Below, piece by piece: positions 28,201 to 37,094 of a stretch of DNA of 64,000 nucleotides. The notes beneath the pieces were generated by a model. That model had not been told where the DNA came from. It saw only the letters and a program-made list of their open reading frames with translations, and searched no databases. Both the position numbers and the translations under genes were made by a program. The stretch is from Clostridiales bacterium (GTDB taxonomy: Bacteria; Bacillota; Clostridia; Oscillospirales; CAG-272). Every line of letters starts with the position of its first letter. Position 1 is the first letter of the stretch. The stretch spans positions 2,215-66,214 of the forward strand of contig JAAVYP010000007.1 in the NCBI GenBank assembly GCA_022791195.1, given 5' to 3'.

Positions 28201-29541
28201 ATGATGGAGAAAAAAACAAAATTTTCAAGCCGTTTAGGATTCGTCCTTGCGGCAGCAGGCTCAGCAGTGGGACTGGGCAATATCTGGCGATTCCCCTACC
28301 TTGCGGCAAAATACGGCGGCGGCATTTTCTTGCTGGTGTATCTTATTCTTGCGGTCACCTTCGGATTTTCACTGATGGTAACTGAAATTGCAATCGGCAG
28401 AAAAACAGGTAAAAGCGCCATTAAAGCGTATAAAATGATCAACAAGAAATTCTCATTCTTAGGTTATTTAGCTGCCCTTGTGCCCATTATCATTTTCCCT
28501 TACTACTGTGTTATCGGCGGATGGGTCGTGAAATTTTTGGGCGTGTATTTATCCGGACAAGGCCATATAGCAACAGGTGCGGATTACTTCTCGGGATTTA
28601 TCGGAAGCACGGCAGAGCCTCTTCTTTGCCTCGCGATTTTTCTCGTAATCACTTCGCTGGTAGTCATTATGGGCGTTCAAAAGGGGATTGAAAAGGTGAG
28701 CAAAATTCTGATGCCTTTGCTTATTTTGATGTCACTGGGAACGGCGCTTTATAGTCTTACCATAGACGGTGCGATCGATGGTCTCATTTACTATATCAAA
28801 CCTAATTTCAGTGAATTTTCAATAAAAACCGTGGTGGCGGCTATGGGGCAGCTTTTCTACTCCATGTCGCTTGCGATGGGAATTATGGTCACTTATGGAT
28901 CGTACATGAGAAAGGACGATGACCTTGAAAAATCGGTGAGAAACATTGAAATTTTTGACACGGGTATTGCGTTTTTGTCAGGGCTTATGATCGTTCCTGC
29001 GGTGTTTGCATTCTCTGGCGGCAATAAAGACGCCTTGCAGGCAGGCCCTACACTGATGTTTATCACGCTTCCCAATGTTTTTGATTCCATGAAAGGCGGA
29101 CACATTTTCGGACTTGTGTTTTTCCTGCTGGTTCTCTTCGCGGCGCTTACATCAGCAATTTCCCTGATGGAAACCATCGTATCGATTGTAAGCGATAAAT
29201 TTGGATTTTCAAGGGTCAAAATCTGTATTGGTGTTATGATTGCAGCGTTTATGATAGCCGTTCCGTCCTCACTGGGCTTTGGGGTATTATCGGGAATTAC
29301 CATTTTCGGATATTCGATACTTGACTTCTTTGACTTTATCAGCAACAACATTTTGATGCCGATCGTTGCCATGATTACGGCTGCGCTAATCGGCTTTGCC
29401 GCCAAGCCCGACTACATTTCCGAAGAAGTGAAAGCATCGGGAAAATTTAAGTCCGAGAAATTGTACAGGGTTATGATAAAATATGTAGTGCCTGTTTGTA
29501 TGGTGGTTATTCTGATCTCCTCACTGGTGGGATACGTTTAA
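28201..29541 (+). CDS. sodium-dependent transporter, SNF (neurotransmitter:sodium symporter) family
   Basis: The GLGNIWRFPYLAAKYGGG signature is present. ATG 28201 (MMEKKTKFSSRLGF), after GGAG, is preferred to the track start 28075. Confidence 0.88.
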   Translation: MMEKKTKFSSRLGFVLAAAGSAVGLGNIWRFPYLAAKYGGGIFLLVYLILAVTFGFSLMVTEIAIGRKTGKSAIKAYKMINKKFSFLGYLAALVPIIIFPYYCVIGGWVVKFLGVYLSGQGHIATGADYFSGFIGSTAEPLLCLAIFLVITSLVVIMGVQKGIEKVSKILMPLLILMSLGTALYSLTIDGAIDGLIYYIKPNFSEFSIKTVVAAMGQLFYSMSLAMGIMVTYGSYMRKDDDLEKSVRNIEIFDTGIAFLSGLMIVPAVFAFSGGNKDALQAGPTLMFITLPNVFDSMKGGHIFGLVFFLLVLFAALTSAISLMETIVSIVSDKFGFSRVKICIGVMIAAFMIAVPSSLGFGVLSGITIFGYSILDFFDFISNNILMPIVAMITAALIGFAAKPDYISEEVKASGKFKSEKLYRVMIKYVVPVCMVVILISSLVGYV

Positions 29542-29612
29542 TTAGGACATAATCATCTTGTTCGTTGTCATAAGATACGATTCTGCAACATATGACAGTG
29601 TTTTGCTCTCTC

Positions 29613-29642
29613 TTGACAAACAAACAAAACGTGTGCTATAAT
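29613..29642 (+). promoter_or_regulatory. sigA promoter of the tyrA leader
   Basis: TTGACA (29613-29618), an 18-nt spacer ending TGc, then TATAAT (29637-29642). Confidence 0.7.
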
Positions 29643-29673
29643 CATTTTATTCTATGAATAGGAATTTTGAAAA

Positions 29674-29733
29674 ATGGTTGATTTTGCAGTAAATTTATAC
29701 GCTTATTATTACTATTACTTAATTAAAAAGTAA
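29674..29733 (+). CDS. candidate Tyr-rich attenuation leader peptide MVDFAVNLYAYYYYYLIKK
   Basis: ATG 29674 with AGGA ~11 nt upstream. Codons 29704-29718 are TAT TAT TAC TAT TAC, and the stop is TAA 29731-29733. It lies between the promoter and a terminator just upstream of tyrA. Too short for the ORF track. Confidence 0.6.
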   Translation: MVDFAVNLYAYYYYYLIKK

Positions 29734-29770
29734 TAGTGATTTTTGCTGCATTTAGATGAATTTGATTTCG

Positions 29771-29808
29771 AGTCCCGCAGTTCAAATCACTGCGGGACTT
29801 TTATTTTT
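29771..29808 (+). terminator. attenuator terminator 19 nt upstream of the tyrA start
   Basis: AGTCCCGCAG ttcaaatca CTGCGGGACT (10-bp stem) followed by TTTATTTTT. An upstream segment, 29736-29749, can pair with 29777-29790 as an antiterminator. Confidence 0.75.
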
Positions 29809-29826
29809 GCAAAGAGGTGATAAAAC

Positions 29827-30657
29827 ATGGTTATTGGTATTGTAGGATTGGGATTAATCGGTGGTTCGTTGGCAAAAGCATCAAAAAAATATGGCGATTA
29901 CACTGTATATGCATACGATATTCAAGAAACATCGTTACACAAAGCGCTGGAGGACGGCGCTATCGACGATCAGTTGACCGAAAAAAACATTTCTGAATGC
30001 GATTATATTTTCATTTCGCTCTACCCCAAAGCAGTCATTGAATTTGTCGAAAAACATGCCGCGCTTTTTCAAAAAGATTCGGTCATCATTGACTGTGCCG
30101 GGGTTAAAAGAAGCGTATGCGAGCCCTGTTTTCGTATAGCGGATCAACATGGTTTCACTTTCATCGGCGGCCATCCTATGGCCGGCACACAGTTTTCCGG
30201 TTATGAACACGCAAAAGACACCATGTTTTGGAACGCCCCTTTTGTGCTGACGCCTAAACAAAACGAAGATGTACTCGTTTTAGCACAGGCCAGAGAGGTA
30301 ATCATTTCGCTTGGCTTTGGTCGGGTCTCGGTTATGACGCCTGAGCGGCACGACAAACTGATTGCATTTACTTCGCAATTAGCTCATGTTGTTTCAAACG
30401 CCTATGTTAAAAGTCCCAGTGCACCTGAACGCAAAGGCATTTCGGCCGGCAGCTATAAAGATCTAACCCGCGTGGCCTATCTGAACGAAACGATGTGGGC
30501 CGAACTTTTTTTAGACAATCGCGATCATTTAACCGCAGAAATCGATCATTTGATTACGGAACTGCAAAAATACAGCGAGGCGATGAAAACAAATGATTTT
30601 GAAACGCTGCGCGAACTCTTAAAAGAAGGAAAAATGGCCAAAGAGCAGGCGGATTAA
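29827..30657 (+). CDS. tyrA: prephenate dehydrogenase
   Basis: 276 aa with the Rossmann motif IGIVGLGLIGGSLA and the GGHPMAG motif. Confidence 0.9.
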   Translation: MVIGIVGLGLIGGSLAKASKKYGDYTVYAYDIQETSLHKALEDGAIDDQLTEKNISECDYIFISLYPKAVIEFVEKHAALFQKDSVIIDCAGVKRSVCEPCFRIADQHGFTFIGGHPMAGTQFSGYEHAKDTMFWNAPFVLTPKQNEDVLVLAQAREVIISLGFGRVSVMTPERHDKLIAFTSQLAHVVSNAYVKSPSAPERKGISAGSYKDLTRVAYLNETMWAELFLDNRDHLTAEIDHLITELQKYSEAMKTNDFETLRELLKEGKMAKEQAD

Positions 30658-30728
30658 TCCCCTGTCTCTACATGCACATATTCAATTGATAATTTCACTT
30701 GTAAAGATATGATTGACATGGTAAAATA

Positions 30729-30751
30729 AAAGCAAATCAAAGATTTGCTTT
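30729..30751 (+). terminator. hairpin after tyrA (weak U-tract); a second GC hairpin lies at 30784-30799
   Basis: AAAGCAAATC aaa GATTTGCTTT. Further on, GCCGG ccaaaa CCGGC is followed by ACTGTTAAATTTT. Confidence 0.4.
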
Positions 30752-30844
30752 GAAAATTTAACAGATCATGCAGGTGCACGATCTGCCGGCCAAAACCGGC
30801 ACTGTTAAATTTTAAAGTTGTGGAAATTTTGTGATATGATAAGA

Positions 30845-30985
30845 GCAAAATGATGAAAAGAGGTGAAACATGTATGGAAGCCGGCACGAGCGGCAACGAT
30901 AACAGCGGGCAGCAAAAATCCGGCCTTCCATGCAAGGCCGTGATTGTTGTTCCCGCCTGAAACAATTTTTCAGGAGGAAGTAAAC
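30845..30985 (+). promoter_or_regulatory. structured 5' leader of mgtE with an RBS-sequestering hairpin (riboswitch-like; not a clear M-box)
   Basis: A TGATATGAT extended -10 sits at 30830-30838. A long stem ATGGAAGCCGG / CCGGcCTTCCAT spans 30872-30930, with a competing hairpin CGGCCTT/AAGGCCG. CCTGAAA caatt TTTCAGG (30956-30974) occludes the AGGAGG RBS, and ATTGTT (30943-30948) can pair with AACAAT (30961-30966) as an anti-sequestor. Confidence 0.4.
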
Positions 30986-32347
30986 ATGAAAGAAACTATT
31001 ACAGCCTTGCTTCAAGAAAAGCAAATCACCAAGCTCTATCATCTTTTTGAAGACATGGCACCCGCGGACATAGCGGAAGAATTAAAGAAATTTGAAGACG
31101 AAAAACTGCCTGTGCTCTATCGGCTCTTACCAAAAGACATGGCGGCCGAGGTCTTCGTCGAAATGGACGGCGACGAACAGGAGTTTTTGATTCAATCATT
31201 TACTGATAAAGAATTGCGCGAAGTTATCAGCGAACTTTATTTAGACGACGCTGTTGACATTATTGAAGAAATGCCGGCCTCGGTGGTAGGACGCATTCTG
31301 CGCAACACAAAACCCTCTGACCGAAAAACGATCAACGAACTCTTAAATTATCCTAAAGATTCAGCCGGCAGCATCATGACCACCGAGTATGTGGACCTTA
31401 AGTCTTATATGACTGTACAAGAGGCTTTCGGAAGGATTCGTCAGGTAGGTCTCGATAAAGAGACAGTATATACCTGCTATGTCGTTGACCAGGCACGCAA
31501 GCTGCTAGGCATTGTGACGGTACGAGAGATGCTATTTGCCGATGAAAACACGAAAATAGAAAACATAATGGACACCAATATCATTTTTGCCGCCACTTCT
31601 GACGATAAGGAAGATGTGGTGAACAAAATGAAAAAATATGACTTTTTGGCTCTGCCCATTGTGGATGCCGAGGCCCGCTTAGTCGGTATCGTCACCATTG
31701 ACGACGCCATTGACGTTTTAGAAGAAGAGGCCACCGAAGATATTGAAAAAATGGCGGCCATTACGCCGACGAAGGAGGACGTTCCTTATTTGAAGCTCAG
31801 CGTCTTTTCGCTTTTTAAAGCCAGAATCCCTTGGCAGTTGCTGCTCATGATTTCGGCCACGTTTACCGGCATTATTATTACAAGCTTTGAACAAAAGCTG
31901 GCGTCTGTTACCATTTTAACCGCTTTTATCCCCATGCTGATGGATACCGGCGGCAACACAGGCAGCCAATCATCTGTTACCATCATTCGTGCCATTTCAC
32001 TTAAAGAAATCGAATTTCACGATATATTTAAAATCATCTGGAAAGAAATTCGCGTGGCTGTTTTATGCGGCTTGACATTAGCTGTGATCAATTTCTTTAA
32101 AATTCTGCTGTTTGACGGATGGCTCATGGGCAATGAAAGCATCACACCTGTCATTGCAGCCGTCATTTGCATTACTCTGGTTTTAACTGTTTTCTGCGCT
32201 AAATTTGTCGGCTGCATCCTGCCGTTAGTCTCACATAAATTGGGATTTGATCCGGCCGTGATGTCCAGTCCGTTTATAACCACCATTGTAGACGCTATCT
32301 CTTTGTTAATCTATTTTCAAACCGCGTCTGCACTGCTGCATATTTAA
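30986..32347 (+). CDS. mgtE: magnesium transporter MgtE
   Basis: MgtE N-domain (DMAPADIAEEL), tandem CBS domains and a C-terminal TM domain with GNTGSQS. ATG 30986, after AGGAGG, is preferred to the track start 30944. Confidence 0.92.
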   Translation: MKETITALLQEKQITKLYHLFEDMAPADIAEELKKFEDEKLPVLYRLLPKDMAAEVFVEMDGDEQEFLIQSFTDKELREVISELYLDDAVDIIEEMPASVVGRILRNTKPSDRKTINELLNYPKDSAGSIMTTEYVDLKSYMTVQEAFGRIRQVGLDKETVYTCYVVDQARKLLGIVTVREMLFADENTKIENIMDTNIIFAATSDDKEDVVNKMKKYDFLALPIVDAEARLVGIVTIDDAIDVLEEEATEDIEKMAAITPTKEDVPYLKLSVFSLFKARIPWQLLLMISATFTGIIITSFEQKLASVTILTAFIPMLMDTGGNTGSQSSVTIIRAISLKEIEFHDIFKIIWKEIRVAVLCGLTLAVINFFKILLFDGWLMGNESITPVIAAVICITLVLTVFCAKFVGCILPLVSHKLGFDPAVMSSPFITTIVDAISLLIYFQTASALLHI

Positions 32348-32444
32348 AAAACATCCTAAAAGTGATGTAAAATCAATACCGTTATTCAAACGCCCTTGTA
32401 AACGATATGCCGCACCAACATTTCAGCGGCAGGAATGGAGCTTT

Positions 32445-33095
32445 ATGAAACCTGTTTGCTACATTGTCGGCGCCAGTCCGGAAGCCGGCCCTGAAATCAA
32501 TTTCACACCGAACGAAGATGATTTTGTCATTGCCGCCGACGGCGGCTTTTCCCATTTAACAAAACAACATATACGCTGTGATTTAGTGGTGGGTGACTTT
32601 GATTCATCGGTATGCCCTGATTTTCCTGCTGTCATTCAACTGAATCCGCAAAAAGACGATACAGACACTCTTTTTGCCGTACGACAAGGCTTACAGCGAG
32701 GCTACACCCGGTTTATCATATACGGTGTATTAGGGGGTGCGCTTTCACACACTATCTCTGCTCTGCAAACATTAACATTCCTTTTAGATCATGGCGCTAA
32801 AGGTCTGCTCATCGGCAAAAACATTTGCGCGGCTGCTATCCGTAATGATCGGATCGACTTTCGTGCGGCCAGTCAAGGTTTCTTTTCGGTTTTTTCTTTC
32901 GACGAAGTTTCGAGAGGTGTGTTTATCGAGGGCGCCAAATATCCTTTACACGATTATACAATGACAAACGGCTTTCCCATCGGCGTCAGCAACGAATTTA
33001 TAGGAAATCCGGTAGGCATATCAGTAAATAACGGAACTTTACATATTTTGTTCGAGGCAAATGGCGAACCGGATAAAGTGCTTTATCAGTTTTAA
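32445..33095 (+). CDS. thiN: thiamine diphosphokinase
   Basis: 216 aa with FVIAADGG...VVGDFDS and the DDTD motif typical of thiamine pyrophosphokinase (TPK). Confidence 0.85.
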   Translation: MKPVCYIVGASPEAGPEINFTPNEDDFVIAADGGFSHLTKQHIRCDLVVGDFDSSVCPDFPAVIQLNPQKDDTDTLFAVRQGLQRGYTRFIIYGVLGGALSHTISALQTLTFLLDHGAKGLLIGKNICAAAIRNDRIDFRAASQGFFSVFSFDEVSRGVFIEGAKYPLHDYTMTNGFPIGVSNEFIGNPVGISVNNGTLHILFEANGEPDKVLYQF

Positions 33096-33226
33096 ATGAT
33101 TCATATACATCTTTATTGTCAAATGTCGTGACGATTATAGAGAGGTAAAGATGCCATGCTTTGCGCCCCTCTCGGCTAAAAGATGCTAAAAATCTCAATT
33201 CTCTAAGAAAGGATATGGTTATCAAT

Positions 33227-34507
33227 ATGAAGATCACCAATCAAGACCTTTTTACCTTTATTGAAAAAAGCCCTACCGCTTTTCATGCCACGAAAAACAT
33301 TGCCACCCGTTTAATCGATGCTGGCTATACCCGGCTCTATGAAGATGAAGAGTGGCATATAACGGAAGGCGGCTTTTTTGTCTGCCGCAATGACGCAAGC
33401 ATCATTGCCTTCCGTATTGCTTCTTCTATGCACGGCTTTCATATCATAGCCGCTCATACAGACAGTCCCTCATTTAAATTAAAAACAAACGCTTCTCTCT
33501 CCTCCTGCCGCCTTTATTCAAAACTAAATACCGAAAAATACGGCGGCATGATTTATTCCTCGTGGTTTGACCGCCCGCTTTCGATCGCCGGACGCATCAC
33601 CAAGGAAACACCTGAGGGAATCCAAAGCGAACTCATCAATATAGACCAAAATCTTTGCCTGATTCCGAATGTTGCCATTCATATGCAACGGGACCAGAAT
33701 AATGCAAAAACAATAAATCCGCAAATCGATACCCTGCCGCTTATCAGCGCAGGCGGCAAACAGTTGGAAGATATTATTGATATGAAGGATGTGCTGTCTG
33801 CTGATTTGTATTTATATAACCGAGATAAAGGTTTTCTCTTCGGCGCTGAACAAGAGTTCATCGGCGCGCCAAGGCTTGATGATCTGCAATGCGTATTTGC
33901 GGCATTACAGGGCTTTCTCCACACCGAACCAAGCACTTCCATTCCGCTTTTCTGCGCCTTTGACAGCGAAGAAATCGGATCGGCCACCAGACAGGGCGCT
34001 GATTCTACGTTCCTTTGTGATGTGCTTAAACGGATTTGCCTGTCGATTGGAATTAGCGAAGAGCAAGCTATGCGCATGTATGCCAATTCCTTTTTCCTAT
34101 CGGCTGATAATGCGCATGCGATTCATCCAAATCATCCTGAACTGCACGATGAAGGCAACTACCCGATTCTAAACGGCGGCATTGTCATTAAGCACAACGC
34201 GGCCATGAATTACACCAGCGATTCTATGTCCAGCGCCATCATCCAAAAAGTCTGCTCTTTGGCCGGTGTACCCTGTCAGCACTTCTCTTTCCGTTCAGAT
34301 CATCGCTGTTCGCACACATTAGGCCCCTTAGCTCTCACGCATTTATCCATTCCGGCAGCCGATATTGGTTTGGCACAGTTGGCTATGCATTCGGCTTTTG
34401 AGACGGCAGGCGCCCACGACACCGCCTTTTTAGCACAAATGGCCAAACAGTTTTACAGCGTTTCTTTTCATGCCGCAAAAGACACATCTGTTTGTATACA
34501 AGTTTAA
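33227..34507 (+). CDS. M18-family aminopeptidase
   Basis: FIEKSPTAFHA... AAHTDSPSFKLK ... FDSEEIGS motifs. The start is ambiguous between ATG 33215 and 33227; the track start 33161 is an extension. Confidence 0.85.
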   Translation: MKITNQDLFTFIEKSPTAFHATKNIATRLIDAGYTRLYEDEEWHITEGGFFVCRNDASIIAFRIASSMHGFHIIAAHTDSPSFKLKTNASLSSCRLYSKLNTEKYGGMIYSSWFDRPLSIAGRITKETPEGIQSELINIDQNLCLIPNVAIHMQRDQNNAKTINPQIDTLPLISAGGKQLEDIIDMKDVLSADLYLYNRDKGFLFGAEQEFIGAPRLDDLQCVFAALQGFLHTEPSTSIPLFCAFDSEEIGSATRQGADSTFLCDVLKRICLSIGISEEQAMRMYANSFFLSADNAHAIHPNHPELHDEGNYPILNGGIVIKHNAAMNYTSDSMSSAIIQKVCSLAGVPCQHFSFRSDHRCSHTLGPLALTHLSIPAADIGLAQLAMHSAFETAGAHDTAFLAQMAKQFYSVSFHAAKDTSVCIQV

Positions 34508-34573
34508 AACCGCAAAAAAGCTGATAAAATATAAATATAGTTCATTCAAAACCAAAAGAAAGGTTATTCCATC

Positions 34574-35806
34574 ATGATCAAGAAAAATATGCTGCGTAAA
34601 TACGCCAAACTCATTGTTCAGGTTGGCGTCAATCTGCAAAAAGGCCAAAGCGCTGTCATTTTTGCAGAAGCAGATCAGCATGAATTTGTCACCTATGTCG
34701 TTGATGAATGCTACAAATCCGGGGCCTCTGAGGTTCGTGTAGAATGGTCTTTTCAGCCCATAACAAAGCTCCATTACCGTCACCAAAGCGTGAAAACACT
34801 CTCCCGTGTGCCTGACTGGGTAGAAGAAAAGCACAAAGAAAACGCGCAAAATCTTCCCTGCATGATCCATCTCTTATCCGAGGATCCAGATGGGCTAAAC
34901 GGCATCAACCGCAGCAAGCTGCAAAAAAGCCAGCAAGCGCGTTATCAGGTCTTAAAGCCTTACCGCGATGCGATGGAAAACAAATATCCGTGGACGATTG
35001 CGGCTGTTCCCTCTGCCAAATGGGCCAAGAAAGTATTTCCCGGCCTGCGCACCTCGGCGGCGATTGAAAAGCTATATGAAGCCATTTTTGAAACTGTACA
35101 CATTACTGAGCAAAATGATCCCATTGCCGCTTGGACCGCACACAATCAAACCTTTAAAGAACGCTGCGATACATTAAACGCACTTCATTTAGACCGTCTA
35201 ACCTACCAAAGCGCCAATGGCACCGATTTTACCGTTTGGCTCATTCCGGAAGCAAAATGGGAAGGCGGCGGAGAAACCACACTGAACGGCCATTATTTCA
35301 ACCCCAACATGCCAACTGAAGAAATTTTCACCGCCCCTATGGCCGGTAAGGCAGAAGGCCGGCTGGTGGCTACCAAGCCTTTATCTTATTATGGTGAAAT
35401 TATTGATGATTTTTCAATTACTTTCAAAAACGGCGAAGCAAGCAGCTGGACGGCCAAAACCGGTGCTGACGCCTTGAGCAAAATGATTGAATCGGACGAA
35501 GGCGCAAGACGTTTGGGCGAAGTAGCGCTTGTTCCTTTTGACAGCGCTATCAACAATCAAAATTTGCTTTACTATAATACCCTGTTTGACGAAAACGCAA
35601 GCTGCCACTTTGCCTTAGGCGACGGGTATACAAACCTCATTAACGGCTATGAAAACATGACCAAAGAACAGCTTCGTGAAATCGGCGTGAATCAATCCAT
35701 GATTCATGTGGACTTTATGGTAGGCGCTCCTGACCTTTCCATTACCGGTTACACCAAAGAAAATACCGCCGTTCCTATCTTTAAACAAGGCAAATTCTGC
35801 ATCTAA
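34574..35806 (+). CDS. M29-family (AmpS/PepS-type) aminopeptidase
   Basis: 410 aa. LRKYAKLIVQVGVNLQKGQ... and C-terminal HVDFMVG are typical of thermophilic-metalloprotease M29. Confidence 0.85.
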   Translation: MIKKNMLRKYAKLIVQVGVNLQKGQSAVIFAEADQHEFVTYVVDECYKSGASEVRVEWSFQPITKLHYRHQSVKTLSRVPDWVEEKHKENAQNLPCMIHLLSEDPDGLNGINRSKLQKSQQARYQVLKPYRDAMENKYPWTIAAVPSAKWAKKVFPGLRTSAAIEKLYEAIFETVHITEQNDPIAAWTAHNQTFKERCDTLNALHLDRLTYQSANGTDFTVWLIPEAKWEGGGETTLNGHYFNPNMPTEEIFTAPMAGKAEGRLVATKPLSYYGEIIDDFSITFKNGEASSWTAKTGADALSKMIESDEGARRLGEVALVPFDSAINNQNLLYYNTLFDENASCHFALGDGYTNLINGYENMTKEQLREIGVNQSMIHVDFMVGAPDLSITGYTKENTAVPIFKQGKFCI

Positions 35807-35834
35807 AGCATGCATATCCCCACTTCTTTAATTA

Positions 35835-35866
35835 AAATCGAGAGGCCATTGCCTCTCGATTTTTAA
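35835..35866. terminator. bidirectional intrinsic terminator between the convergent M29 and XRE genes
   Basis: AAAATCGAGAGGC catt GCCTCTCGATTTT, with A/T tracts on both sides. Confidence 0.75.
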
Positions 35867-35968
35867 TTGCAGCAAAGCGCGCTGTATTTGTCACTAACAG
35901 ACATCTCATGTTACTAAATTTCTTCTTATTGATCGTTAACACGCTTATTTCATAAGAAAATCGCCGTA

Positions 35969-36718
35969 CTATTTTTTAGTAAAACATGCCGAAAAACTAT
36001 TCATTTGCCTCTGTCCCTCTGCAGAGGAGAGAAAAATGCCGCATAGTGTAAATACAACAATATAAATAGCAGGTCCAAAGGTGTAGCGGTCATGCTCATC
36101 ACATTCGCAAAATCCCCGCTTTAATAACTGGAATAATATATCATGAACATGCTCTACCGGTATATTTTGCTTCAACGCAATTTGATCCTCCGTCATGCCA
36201 TCGCAAAAATCCATTGCACGAATTACATTCATAACAGATTCATCAGACAGCAACTGACATAGAGTTTGTATGCTTTTATCGTCCGTATTTAAAACCATTT
36301 GGATTAAATCTTGGCTGTTTATAACAAAACCCATACCATTTTTGGTGCATATGCTAATTCCGTCATATCCCTGATATACTGATCCCTTGTCCATATGATC
36401 ATCTACCGCGCACGTACAAGTACAAAGAGATTCAAAGGATGCTCTCACTCTGCCGGCTTCTTTTGCATAAGCGGAAAGAGCTGACAAGCAGCCATCTTTT
36501 TGGGCTGACAACGGAACCTCCAGCAAGGCATCTGCTGTAACACCGAATATTTCACAAAGTCTTGGTAGCTGCATAATATCGGGCATACTTTCCGCGTTCT
36601 CCCATTTTGAAATAGCTTGACCGGTAACACCCAATTGTTTGCCTAACTGTTCCTGCGTAAGAGAACGAGCTTTTCTTAATTCACTTATTTTCTCCGCCAT
36701 TGACTTATTCATAATCAT
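35969..36718 (-). CDS. XRE-family helix-turn-helix transcriptional regulator with a C-terminal domain of unknown function
   Basis: The N-terminus ISELRKARSLTQEQLGKQLGVTGQAISKWE is a canonical HTH_3. Total 249 aa. Confidence 0.8.
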   Translation of the reverse strand: MIMNKSMAEKISELRKARSLTQEQLGKQLGVTGQAISKWENAESMPDIMQLPRLCEIFGVTADALLEVPLSAQKDGCLSALSAYAKEAGRVRASFESLCTCTCAVDDHMDKGSVYQGYDGISICTKNGMGFVINSQDLIQMVLNTDDKSIQTLCQLLSDESVMNVIRAMDFCDGMTEDQIALKQNIPVEHVHDILFQLLKRGFCECDEHDRYTFGPAIYIVVFTLCGIFLSSAEGQRQMNSFSACFTKK

Positions 36719-37059
36719 ACACCTTTCTAAATATTAGATTTTGTTTGCAAACACTCTATCTACATATACATAATACACTATTTTTTAGTTGATAACAATA
36801 AACAAAACCTTGAATATAACTCAACTAATTGTTTCACAATGTTTTTTCTATAAATCTATACTATATGCACGCGACCATATCTTAAATCAAATGATAACAA
36901 ATATAAAACCGCAACGTATTAACAAAAAAAGATGCCATGCGCTGAAGGCGCACCCGCAAAAGGTTGGCAGCGCCGTAAGGACGCTTACAAACGAGCAGGC
37001 GAGCCGAGTGTGACCTTTTGCGGCAAAGGAGGAACAGTGGTGACCGATTTTTTATGAAA

Positions 37060-37091
37060 TAAAAAAATCGGAACGAGCATAACTCGTTCCG
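37060..37091 (-). terminator. intrinsic terminator of tRNA-Pro
   Basis: The minus strand reads CGGAACGAG ttatg CTCGTTCCG followed by ATTTTTTT, starting 3 nt after the CCA end. Confidence 0.8.
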
Positions 37092-37094
37092 ACG

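Noticed and set aside
26773-29541. Visibly AT-richer block (MATE-like and SNF transporter genes) as a possible horizontally acquired island
   Set aside because: There are no integrase, transposase, tRNA-edge or direct-repeat boundaries. The first gene is translationally coupled to rlmD (start 1 nt after its stop). AT-richness is common in polytopic membrane protein genes.
29654-29692. Alternative leader ORF MNRNFEKWLILQ upstream of tyrA
   Set aside because: It overlaps the Tyr-rich ORF in another frame, has no regulatory-codon run relevant to tyrA, and ends too far (~45 nt) from the antiterminator segment to control it.
29542-29826. Expected T-box leader upstream of tyrA
   Set aside because: The leader is only ~160 nt. 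I find no T-box sequence (AGGGUGGNACCGCG-like), AG bulge, GNUGGNA or specifier-loop architecture. The leader-peptide model explains the terminator better.
30654-31042. Minus-strand ORFs 30654-30965 and 30812-31042 in the tyrA-mgtE spacer
   Set aside because: They overlap the mgtE leader and start. They are hydrophobic, low-complexity translations with no RBS, so they are better explained as non-coding leader sequence.
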